This document shows positions 37,603 to 46,078 of a DNA stretch of 64,000 nt, piece by piece. How positions within the stretch are numbered: position 1 is the first letter of the stretch; every line of letters begins with the position of its first letter. Location: positions 22,058 through 86,057 of the forward strand of contig JABMNL010000009.1 in assembly GCA_013204585.1 (NCBI GenBank), written 5' to 3'. Under the pieces are notes generated by a model. It did not search any database and had not been told where the DNA came from. It was given only the letters and a program-made list of their open reading frames with translations. The position numbers and the translations under genes are program-made. Source of the stretch: SAR202 cluster bacterium. GTDB lineage: Bacteria > Chloroflexota > Dehalococcoidia > Lucifugimonadales > UBA3495.

Positions 37603-37880
37603 GGAATCATCATAGTGACTCATACCCCCTTCCACGAAGGTCTTCAAGTCAGCCGAAGGCAGGTCTCCTGGCTCCTGGCTTTTACACCCCATTTTGCCTT
37701 CCCATCCCGAAGGCTCGGAACAGTGGCTCCACTCCCGGTGGGAGATGGGGTTACCAGTTACAGTGGCGGGACCGCGCCGGACTCTCACCGGCTTCCCTTT
37801 TCAGTCCCGAAATCTCGGGACAACCAAACGGCTAATACAGGTTGTTAAAGAAGAGTCAGCCTCAAGACTGCCCTTCGAGG
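37603..37880 (-). promoter_or_regulatory. Cobalamin (B12) riboswitch A
   Basis: The minus strand contains GAAAAGGGAAGCCGGTGAGAGTCCGGCGCGGTCCCGCCACTGTAA and the B12 box AGCCAGGAGACCTGCC (37673..37658). Confidence 0.85.
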
Positions 37881-37883
37881 CAA

Positions 37884-37912
37884 ATAATAGCCCCTTTAAC
37901 AGGGATGGTCAA
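37884..37912 (-). promoter_or_regulatory. Sigma-70-type promoter of leader A
   Basis: On the minus strand: TTGACC - 17 nt - TATTAT. Confidence 0.55.
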
Positions 37913-37999
37913 TAGTTTATTGAGTTTCCCAAATCTTCATAGTTTCTGCCTACCGTGAGGGGCGGCGCGGTCTCTTCCTGCGATGTCTACGCCAAGACG

Positions 38000-38869
38000 C
38001 TAACGCCGGTAAGTAGTCGGGTCAAGCATATCCCTCAGCCCATCGCCCAGCAGGTTAAAGCCCAACACCAGCAGGAAGATGGCCACGCCGGGGGCCAGCA
38101 ACAACCCCGGTGATGTCTGCATATAGGAACGCGAGTCGTTGAGCATGGCCCCCCATTCTGGAGTTGGCGGCTGGGCTCCCAGCCCCAGGAAGCTTAGCCC
38201 GGCAATGCCCAGGATAATCCATCCCATATCCAGGGTCGCTAGCACCACAAACGGCCCCATAATATTGCGGGCGATATGAAATGCAATGATTCTTCCATCA
38301 CTCGCGCCAATGGACCGGGCCGCCTCGACGTAATCGCGGCGCCGCGCTGACAAAACCATGCCGCGAATAACCCGCGCATGGCTGGCCCACCATACTACCG
38401 AAACGGCAATCATAACGTTGATTAAGCTCGGTCCTAAAATCCCGGCCACGGCTATTCCCAGGATTAGGGAAGGGAAAGCCAACAACAAGTCCACCACCGT
38501 CATGAGCCCAGTATCAATCCAGGCACCGTAGTAGCCCGCTAACGCGCCCACAATCGAGGCGATGCCCATGATGATTAGCAGCGACACGCTGGACATCATC
38601 AGGGTGGTCCTAGCCCCATAGATGAGACGGCTCAGTTCGTCTCGGCCTAGGTGGTCGGTGCCCAAAAAATACTCGTTGCCCGGTGGAATTAAGCGTTTCT
38701 GAAGGTCCAATTCGGCGGGGTCTTGCAAAGGAAGCAAGGGGGCCAGAACCGCCACCAAAATAATCCCAGCCACGATGGCAAACCCCAAAGCGGACCCTGG
38801 GTCGGCGCGCAGGAGGCGGAGAATTGCCAGACGTGGCCAAGGACGCTGGAGTGCCCTTTCCGACCTCAT
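38000..38869 (-). CDS. ABC transporter permease (DppC/NikC-like)
   Basis: I trimmed the ORF to ATG 38869, 5 nt after the upstream stop. The track ORF (to 39046) overlaps the previous gene. BPD_transp_1-type membrane protein. Confidence 0.85.
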   Translation of the reverse strand: MRSERALQRPWPRLAILRLLRADPGSALGFAIVAGIILVAVLAPLLPLQDPAELDLQKRLIPPGNEYFLGTDHLGRDELSRLIYGARTTLMMSSVSLLIIMGIASIVGALAGYYGAWIDTGLMTVVDLLLAFPSLILGIAVAGILGPSLINVMIAVSVVWWASHARVIRGMVLSARRRDYVEAARSIGASDGRIIAFHIARNIMGPFVVLATLDMGWIILGIAGLSFLGLGAQPPTPEWGAMLNDSRSYMQTSPGLLLAPGVAIFLLVLGFNLLGDGLRDMLDPTTYRR

Positions 38870-38874
38870 CGTCT

Positions 38875-39822
38875 TCAGTTGAATTGCCCCCCGAAATGGA
38901 GCCGTGGGTCCAGCCAGTGGTAAGAGACATCGACGGCTAGATTTACCACCAGAAATATTACGGCCATATACAGCACAAACCCTTGCACCACCGGGTAGTC
39001 CCGTTGGGAAATGCCGACGACCACAAACTGGCCGACGCCGGGCCACCCGAAGATAGTCTCGATGATGACTGCGCCGCCAAGCAGATACCCGGTGCTGGTG
39101 CCTAGGACTGTCGCTATCGGCAAAAGTGCGTTCTTAAGAGCATGACGCCAGACTACCATACCCTCGGACAGTCCCTTAGCCCGGGCCGTGCGAACATGGT
39201 CTTGGTTCAGAACGTCTAGTAATGTGGCCCGGGACAGCCGCATCAGTTGGGCCATTGTTCCCAGTGATAGGACTACAGCCGGCAACACCAAGTTGCTGGG
39301 CGAGCCGTATCCGATGGCCGGCAGCCAGTCCAGTTTAACGGCGAAGAGTAACATTAAAGCTGGAGCCAGCATGTAGCTGGGCACTGCCGCGCCCACCAAG
39401 GCCAGCAGGCGGCAAGCGGTGTCCAGCCACGACCCATGCTTCACGGCGGCCAATACGCCGAGAGGGATGCCCGCTGCCACCGCTAAGGCTAGGGCGGTGG
39501 ATGCTAATAAAAGCGTGGCGGGCAACCGGCGGAAAAGTTCTACGGCGATGGAGTTGCCCGAGCGGTAGGAGACGCCCAGGTCTCCTTGCACAGCGCTGGA
39601 CACCCATCTTATGTAGCGTATCGGCAACGAATCGTCTAACCCCAGGTCCTGGCGCAACTCCACCACGGCCTCGCGGGGCGGTGTAACGCCGCCGTTCTGG
39701 CGACGCAGAGTTATCTCCGCCGCATCGCCGGGTGCGAAGTTCAACAGCATGAAGCTGACGAGCGATATCCCCACTAACAACAGCGGCAGTGTAATTAGGC
39801 GTCGCGCCAGGTAGCCGCGCAT
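38875..39822 (-). CDS. ABC transporter permease (DppB/NikB-like)
   Basis: 315 aa. The N-terminus MRGYLARRLITLPLLLVGISLVSFMLLNFAPGD is typical of the family. Confidence 0.85.
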   Translation of the reverse strand: MRGYLARRLITLPLLLVGISLVSFMLLNFAPGDAAEITLRRQNGGVTPPREAVVELRQDLGLDDSLPIRYIRWVSSAVQGDLGVSYRSGNSIAVELFRRLPATLLLASTALALAVAAGIPLGVLAAVKHGSWLDTACRLLALVGAAVPSYMLAPALMLLFAVKLDWLPAIGYGSPSNLVLPAVVLSLGTMAQLMRLSRATLLDVLNQDHVRTARAKGLSEGMVVWRHALKNALLPIATVLGTSTGYLLGGAVIIETIFGWPGVGQFVVVGISQRDYPVVQGFVLYMAVIFLVVNLAVDVSYHWLDPRLHFGGQFN

Positions 39823-39823
39823 G

Positions 39824-41398
39824 TTATTTCAGGCCGATAAGATGGTCAATGAAATAGATTTGGGCGGCGTGCGGCCCTACAGGCCAGTTAACTGAATTTG
39901 AGATGCCGTAGAGCCGGTTCGGGAACATTACGGGAATCAGAGCAACGTTATCCTGACCTTCCTGGAGCGCTTCGCAGGCGACCAGCTCTCGTTCGGCAGG
40001 ATCCGCGACAGCAGACAACTGGCCAATCAGCTCGTCCACCTTGGCATTGCTAAAATTCCCCCGGTTTTCGTCGCCGCCGGTCATATACTGCCGGGTCAGC
40101 GCCCACTGCGAGTCGCCAGTGGTAATCGTTCCGTTGCTGTACCCAAAGAGGTCGTACCCTCCCTGGCTGGCCAAGGTCCACTCCACGATCTGGACCTTGG
40201 CGCCAACGCCTATGTCACCCAACATAGACTGTAGCGCCTCAAGCATTGGCGGCAATAGCGGCTGCTCTGGATAGGTCTGCAGAACCAGCTCCAAAGCCTT
40301 GCCGTCCCTTTCCACTACACCGTCGCCATCGGAATCTTGGTAACCGGCATCGGCCAAAAGTTGCCGGGCCGCGTCGGGGTCGTAGGTATACCCAGATGAG
40401 TCCTGGCAGGAGATGAATCCGGGCGGAAACATGGACCCGGCAGGAACGGCTCTGCCGTCGGCCACTCCGCTTGACATCGCGTCGCGGTTTATCGCCAGGG
40501 CCAGAGCTCTACGAACCAGTTTGTCCTGCATCGCCGGGCTCTCGTGATTAACAAAAAGGAACAACATTCCTGAGGGAGGAGCTGTTCTTACATCTAGGGA
40601 GGAATCGTTCCCGACGACGACCGCCCCTTGAGGCGAGAGATTGACCGCGATGTCCACGTCGCCGCTTTGCAGGGCAATCAGCCGGGTATTAGCCTCGGCG
40701 AATGCGACGTATTCAATCCCTTCCATGGCAGGCCGCCCTTGCCAGTATTCGGTATGGGCCGCTACTCTCATCTCTCGGTCGGTGGTGAAAGACTCCAGCT
40801 TATACGGGCCGGTCATCGCAGCACGCTCTGCGGAATCTTCGAGCGAGGTTGGCACAGTGTCCGGATCGGCGATGCTGGTGTTCTGGTTGGTCAATAGGCC
40901 AAGCAGGGTCGGATTCGGCGAATTGGTGACGATGATTACCGTCGACGAGTCCTTGACCTCAACCCGGTCGATGTCCAGCAGGATTCTGGTGCCGGGCCGA
41001 CGTGCCAAGGCCAGATCGAGCGAGCCTTTAACCTTGGTGGCGTCCATCACCGCGCCGTTGTGGAACTTGACACCGTCGCGCAGGGTGATTTCCCACTTGG
41101 TCGGCGCAATCTGAGTCCCACCCGTAGCCAGCCACGGTTCCGGCTTTAGGTTATCTCCCAGCCGAAACAATGTCTCGGCCAACCCGACGGGAACCGCTAG
41201 CCAGCCAGCCTGATAAGGGTCGGGCGGCTCATCTAGGAAGGTCATAGCAACTTTAAGAACGCGTTGTCCGCTCGATGGAGCGGCCGTGGAGGGTACGGCC
41301 GCTCCATCGGGAGTTGCGGTGGCTGCAGCACCGCATGCGGTGATTGCCAACATTAGAATTGTCAAGATCAGCCCAAAACACGGTATAGCGAGCCTCAT
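39824..41398 (-). CDS. ABC transporter substrate-binding lipoprotein, family 5 (peptide/nickel type)
   Basis: 524 aa. Signal peptide with lipobox LAITAC. WEITLRDGVKFHNG motif. AGGAGG SD. Confidence 0.85.
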   Translation of the reverse strand: MRLAIPCFGLILTILMLAITACGAAATATPDGAAVPSTAAPSSGQRVLKVAMTFLDEPPDPYQAGWLAVPVGLAETLFRLGDNLKPEPWLATGGTQIAPTKWEITLRDGVKFHNGAVMDATKVKGSLDLALARRPGTRILLDIDRVEVKDSSTVIIVTNSPNPTLLGLLTNQNTSIADPDTVPTSLEDSAERAAMTGPYKLESFTTDREMRVAAHTEYWQGRPAMEGIEYVAFAEANTRLIALQSGDVDIAVNLSPQGAVVVGNDSSLDVRTAPPSGMLFLFVNHESPAMQDKLVRRALALAINRDAMSSGVADGRAVPAGSMFPPGFISCQDSSGYTYDPDAARQLLADAGYQDSDGDGVVERDGKALELVLQTYPEQPLLPPMLEALQSMLGDIGVGAKVQIVEWTLASQGGYDLFGYSNGTITTGDSQWALTRQYMTGGDENRGNFSNAKVDELIGQLSAVADPAERELVACEALQEGQDNVALIPVMFPNRLYGISNSVNWPVGPHAAQIYFIDHLIGLK

Positions 41399-41428
41399 TT
41401 ATAGACCTCCTATTGGTCAAAGTTGAGC

Positions 41429-41456
41429 AAAAAAAAACCCGACTTCGAAAGTCAGG
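41429..41456 (-). terminator. Intrinsic terminator forming the expression platform of riboswitch B
   Basis: On the minus strand: CCUGACU-UUCGA-AGUCGGG-U9, about 30 nt upstream of the binding-protein ATG. Confidence 0.8.
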
Positions 41457-41736
41457 TTATATAGAGATAGAACGACCCATACCCCTTCCCGCGAAGCGCA
41501 TCAAGTCAAGTCATAGGCAGGTCTCCTGGCTTCTGGCTCTGATCCATACCCCTGCCTTCCCATCCCGATGAATCGGGTCAGTGGCAATACAATAGTGGGG
41601 CGGATTACACCAGTTACAGTGGCGCGACCGCGCCGGTATCTCACCGGCTTCCCTTTTCAGTCCCGATTACTCGGAACCACCTATGGACAAATTAGGATTG
41701 TTAAAGAAGTGACAGCCTCAAGACTGCTCTTCGAGG
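41457..41736 (-). promoter_or_regulatory. Cobalamin (B12) riboswitch B
   Basis: The minus strand contains GAAAAGGGAAGCCGGTGAGATACCGGCGCGGTCGCGCCACTGTAA and the B12 box AGCCAGGAGACCTGCC (41531..41516). Confidence 0.85.
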
Positions 41737-41739
41737 CAA

Positions 41740-41768
41740 ACAATAGCCCCTTTAACAGGGATGGTCAA
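41740..41768 (-). promoter_or_regulatory. Sigma-70-type promoter of leader B
   Basis: On the minus strand: TTGACC - 17 nt - TATTGT. This region is near-identical to promoter A. Confidence 0.55.
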
Positions 41769-41917
41769 TAGGGTTTTATGACTGAGATTTGCAATAATTA
41801 GTATCAAATTTGTGGAAATGGCTTGGTTCTATCCATTAGTCCTCTCCACCTTGCTAAGGGGCGTTGCCTGAAAAATATCAGCAGAATCTAGTTTTCGGCT
41901 TGAACGGAACTACCCAC

Positions 41918-42008
41918 CTGTCACCCTGAGCGTAGCGAAGGGTCTACCAATGCCATGATTAGCAGATTATTTTCCGATGCGTCGGGACTCCACTCCTCAG
42001 AATGACAG
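41918..42008. repeat. Inverted-repeat (REP/MITE-like) element
   Basis: CTGTCACCCTGAG ... CTCAGAATGACAG. The arms match at 11/13 positions and flank 65 bp. Confidence 0.6.
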
Positions 42009-42082
42009 TATTAAGGCAAGACCCAACGAGTTAGAGAGGGAGCGGTTTGTTTCTGGTAAAAACGGTACGCCGCAGCAGGATT

Positions 42083-42122
42083 GCCCTCACCCCAACCATC
42101 TCCCGCGTCGGGAGAGGGGGAT
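42083..42122. repeat. GC-rich palindromic hairpin (CCCTCACCCC..TCTCCCG-CGT-CGGGAGA)
   Basis: Stem TCTCCCG/CGGGAGA. A related CCCTCACCC...GGGTGGGGG motif occurs at 19274..19317. Confidence 0.5.
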
Positions 42123-42146
42123 AACTTAATACACGGCAGCTAAGAT

Positions 42147-45100
42147 TTAAGCCTGTGGGCCTTCTTGGCGGGCTTCTAGGTCAGCTTCCAAGTCTAGGAA
42201 CATCTGCTGTAGTTTTTCTTTCATGTCGGGTGGGGGGTTCTCCCACATACCCCGCTCGATGGCTTCTAACAGGCGTTCTACGATGTCTCTCAGCGCCCAA
42301 GGGTTGCTCTGGTGGAAGAACTCTTGGGTCTCGGGGTTCATCACGTAGGACTCGGTGACGTTCTCGTACATCCAGTCTTCAATAACCTGGGCGGTGGCGT
42401 CGTAGCCAAACATGTAGTCTACGGTGGCGGCCATCTCGAACGCCCCCTTATAACCGTGGCGTTTCATGGAATCAATCCACTTTGGGTTAACCACCCTGGT
42501 ACGGAAGACCCGCCGCGCTTCGTCCTCCAACTTGCGAACCCTGGCCCTGGTTGGATCCGAACTGTCGCCAAAGAACTGCTGGGGGTTCTTGCCGGTTAAC
42601 GCCCGCACGGTGGCAATCATGCCGCCGTGGTACTGCATGTAATCGTCGCTGTCGAAGATGTCGTGTTCGCGGTTGTCCTGGTTCTTGGCGGCCACCACAA
42701 TCTGGCTGAAACGACGCCGGAACTGGTCCCTGGCATGGACTCCAAAGTCTTGGCGCGTGTAGGCATAACCGCCCCATGCGGTATAGACCTCCGCCAAGTC
42801 TTGTACGGTCTCCCAGTTGCGCTCGTCAATCGCGCCTAAAATCCCAGCACCGTAGGTTCCCGGCTTGCTGCCGAAAATCCGGTACAACGCTGGGTTGCCT
42901 TCTGATGCCGGTTGCTCGCTTCCGTCTTTTTCATATTTTCCGGCTTCGGTTTCAGCTTCTTGATTGGCGCGATCCTCTTGCAGGTGCTTAACAATCATGT
43001 TGTCTTCTGGCGATTCGTCCAGCGAGGCCACCAACTCGACCGCCTGGTCGATGAGATCAATCAGGTTGGGGAAAGCGTCCCGGAAGAACCCGCTAATTCG
43101 CACGGTGACGTCGATGCGGGGGCGGCCCAGTTCGGCAAGGGGTATCACTTCAAGTCCGGTGATGCGGCGGCTTTCTTGCTGCCAGACCGGCTTCACTCCC
43201 AGCAGGCTAAAGACCTGGGCGATGTCGTCGCCGTGGGTGCGCATGGCGGATGTTCCCCAGATTACGAGACCCACCATTTCTGGGTAGCCACCCTCTTCTT
43301 CCAGATAGACCTGGAGCAGGGCGTTGGCCAGGCCGGTGCCCATTTCCCACGCGGTGGGTGAAGGGATGGTCTTGGGATCCACCGAGTAGAAATTGCGCCC
43401 GGTGGGGAGAATGTTGGCCATTCCCCTGGTCGGCGCTCCGCTGGGTCCGGCGGGGACATACTGGCCGTTCAACCCGCGTAGCAGGTTGCCAATCTCATCG
43501 GTCGTCCGCAGCAGGGCCGGATGCAAGATGTCGGTCACATAGTTCAAAACCTGGCTGGTCTGGGCATCGGCTGTGCCCAGCAGTTGCTCAACGGTTCCGG
43601 CCACGTCTTGGCGGTTGAAGCCTCCGGCGTCGAGCAACGTGTATGCCGACCTGGATAGCTCTTCAATTCTTTCCAGTAGGTCGCCTTGGGTACGAATTGG
43701 AGTTCCGTCGCCTTGGGCCAACGGCGCGGGCACCGGGATTGGGGCGGGCAAGGCTGGCTCGTCCAACAGGCTGGTGTAATCCAGGCCCATTGCTTCGGCC
43801 AGAGACCGTCTCAGGCTGGGTATCCCACTGGTATCCAGCCGTGTCAGGGCAGACAAAAGCCCCGTCATTTGTTCGTCCTGGGGAACTTGTCCGAGCGTAT
43901 GTAGTCCGTCTCTAATCTGGGCGTCTTTTAACTCACAGAGATACCCATCAATGTGGAGCAGAAAGTCGCCGAAATCGTCGGGAAGTTCGTCCACTCCCAA
44001 ATCCCGGTCCAGGTCGGCCTGCCGCACCATGTCCCAAATCTGGCCTTCCAATAAAGGCAACTTGGCCGGGTCCAGGGTCTGGCATTGGTAATGCTCGTCC
44101 ATCAACTGTTCCAGTCGGGCAATATCGCCGTAGCTATCAGCGGTGGTCATGGCGGGTATTAGATGGTCGACGATGGTCGCATGGGCGCGGCGTTTCGCCT
44201 GGGCGCCTTCGCCAGGGTTGTTGATGATAAATGGATAGAACAGGGGCACGTCTTCCAGCGTCACTTCCGGGTAACAGGTATTGGAAAGACCAATTCCTTT
44301 GCCCGGCAGCCATTCCATGGTGCCGTGTTTGCCAACGTGAATCATGGCATCGGCCTTGAAGACGTCTCTAACCCATCGGTAATAGGCCACGTAGTGGTGG
44401 GTGGGTGCCAGGTCGGGGCTGTGGTAGATGGCAATGGGGTTCTCACCAAATCCCCTAGGCGGCTGCACTCCGACAAATATATTACCTAGGTCGATGCCTG
44501 CGATGGCCAGGTCGTCTCCGGTGCGGTAGACCTGCCCTGGCGGTTCACCCCAAGCCTCGGTCAATTCATATTGGACTTTCTGGGGCATGGCGCTGAACCA
44601 TTCTTTATATTGTTTGGCTCCGACGTGGCCGGCCGCCAACCGCAGTTGCTCTTCGGTCAAGGTGTCGGTGTCGTTGCTGCAACGTTCGATAATCCGGTGG
44701 ACTAACTCGTCGCCATCGGCCGGAATATTGGTCACGTGGTAACCGTCGGCTTTCATGGCATTTAGAACATTGACCACCGAGGCCGGGGTGTCGAGACCCA
44801 CCGCGTTGCCGACCCTGGCGTTCTTGGTGGGGTAGTTGCTAAGGATGATGGCGATGCGCTTTTCCGAGTTCGGCTTGAGACGGAGTCCGGCCCATTTCAC
44901 GGTTAGCCGGGCAAGGAAGTCGATGCGGTCGGGCCGGGGCAGGTTCCGTTGCAGCCGGGCGTCCATCTTGCCGTGTCGCACTCCGGTTCTCGCAGTGGAG
45001 TCGGATGCAGCCTCTTCTTTACCAGTTCTCGCAGTGACGCCGGATGCAACCTCCTCTTTAAAAGAAATAGGGACGGTGATAATCCGACCGTCGAACTCGG

Positions 45101-46040
45101 GTAGGGCCACGCTCATTGCGGTGTCGATGGGGCCAAGACCCAGGGAGCTTTCTTGCCAATCGGCTTCGCTGCCGGTGCTGAATATGCCTTGAATGATGGG
45201 GACGTTTAGCTTGTCGAGATAGTCGACCTGGGGCCCGGCGGCAAATGTTGCGCCGTCCTGGTTCAGGTCGGTCATGGACATGCCCATGGTGTTGACGATG
45301 CAGTGGACCCGAGATTCGCCGCTCGGGTCGCAGAGAATCTCGGAGAACGTCCGGTTAGCCTGACCGTCTCCCTCTGGGTTGTGTTTGAGGCTAAAGGAGT
45401 AGACGGGCAGAACGTTGGCGCCCAGCTCCTCAAAACGACGGACTAAGGCGTCGATGGTCAGGAGATTTCCGCTCATCCAGTGAGCCCGGTAGAAGAGAAT
45501 CGCCACACTGGGCCGGCCCGGTTGGAACCGGCGCTCGATGAAATCTTTGGCGTTCATGCCGTCGGCTTCGTCGGGGTGGTACACGCCCTCCCAAGGCACT
45601 TCGGCAGGGGCTTCGTGACCATAGTTTGAACCGAGGTATGAATCGCTCAGGAAGAGAAACAGATTCTCGAAATTTGGCACGCCACCCCTAATAAGGTAGG
45701 AGAAGACGGCGTCGAGCTCTGAAGGAGGAACAGTGCAGGCGGAGACCAAATCTTGGTCCCACTCCTGATGTCCGGGGCAAGCAATGAGCGGAATCCCTTT
45801 CTCGTGGCAGATTCGGACGAGGGGGTCGAAGGTCTCAGGCATGGCCCGTTTTCCGCCCAGCAGCCGAAGCACAACAACGTCTGCGTTGGCAGCGGCGTCT
45901 AGTATCTCTTGCTGTTCTGCGTCGCCAGATAGGTTGGCGGGGTTGTAAGCCTTTACCTCAGGAAAATCATCCGGCAGGCTTTCGACAGCCCGGTCGGCGG
46001 TAAGTAAATCGGTATCGGCGGTGGTAACGAAAAGGATCAA
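42147..46040 (-). CDS. cobN: Cobaltochelatase large subunit CobN
   Basis: 1297 aa. CobN/Mg-chelatase H family throughout. TTG start. Confidence 0.9.
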   Translation of the reverse strand: MILFVTTADTDLLTADRAVESLPDDFPEVKAYNPANLSGDAEQQEILDAAANADVVVLRLLGGKRAMPETFDPLVRICHEKGIPLIACPGHQEWDQDLVSACTVPPSELDAVFSYLIRGGVPNFENLFLFLSDSYLGSNYGHEAPAEVPWEGVYHPDEADGMNAKDFIERRFQPGRPSVAILFYRAHWMSGNLLTIDALVRRFEELGANVLPVYSFSLKHNPEGDGQANRTFSEILCDPSGESRVHCIVNTMGMSMTDLNQDGATFAAGPQVDYLDKLNVPIIQGIFSTGSEADWQESSLGLGPIDTAMSVALPEFDGRIITVPISFKEEVASGVTARTGKEEAASDSTARTGVRHGKMDARLQRNLPRPDRIDFLARLTVKWAGLRLKPNSEKRIAIILSNYPTKNARVGNAVGLDTPASVVNVLNAMKADGYHVTNIPADGDELVHRIIERCSNDTDTLTEEQLRLAAGHVGAKQYKEWFSAMPQKVQYELTEAWGEPPGQVYRTGDDLAIAGIDLGNIFVGVQPPRGFGENPIAIYHSPDLAPTHHYVAYYRWVRDVFKADAMIHVGKHGTMEWLPGKGIGLSNTCYPEVTLEDVPLFYPFIINNPGEGAQAKRRAHATIVDHLIPAMTTADSYGDIARLEQLMDEHYQCQTLDPAKLPLLEGQIWDMVRQADLDRDLGVDELPDDFGDFLLHIDGYLCELKDAQIRDGLHTLGQVPQDEQMTGLLSALTRLDTSGIPSLRRSLAEAMGLDYTSLLDEPALPAPIPVPAPLAQGDGTPIRTQGDLLERIEELSRSAYTLLDAGGFNRQDVAGTVEQLLGTADAQTSQVLNYVTDILHPALLRTTDEIGNLLRGLNGQYVPAGPSGAPTRGMANILPTGRNFYSVDPKTIPSPTAWEMGTGLANALLQVYLEEEGGYPEMVGLVIWGTSAMRTHGDDIAQVFSLLGVKPVWQQESRRITGLEVIPLAELGRPRIDVTVRISGFFRDAFPNLIDLIDQAVELVASLDESPEDNMIVKHLQEDRANQEAETEAGKYEKDGSEQPASEGNPALYRIFGSKPGTYGAGILGAIDERNWETVQDLAEVYTAWGGYAYTRQDFGVHARDQFRRRFSQIVVAAKNQDNREHDIFDSDDYMQYHGGMIATVRALTGKNPQQFFGDSSDPTRARVRKLEDEARRVFRTRVVNPKWIDSMKRHGYKGAFEMAATVDYMFGYDATAQVIEDWMYENVTESYVMNPETQEFFHQSNPWALRDIVERLLEAIERGMWENPPPDMKEKLQQMFLDLEADLEARQEGPQA

Positions 46041-46078
46041 ATTATGACCGGTCCCTTCCGGTCTCTCCGATCCGTTTG

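Noticed and set aside
37694-37915. Plus-strand ORFs 37615..37848, 37694..37915 and 41568..41771 encode similar peptides (…LTGFPFQSR.LGTT…EANNSPFNRDGQ).
   Set aside because: They lie antisense to the two cobalamin riboswitch/promoter cassettes. The peptide similarity is a by-product of RNA and promoter conservation. No SD is present and there is no known protein family.
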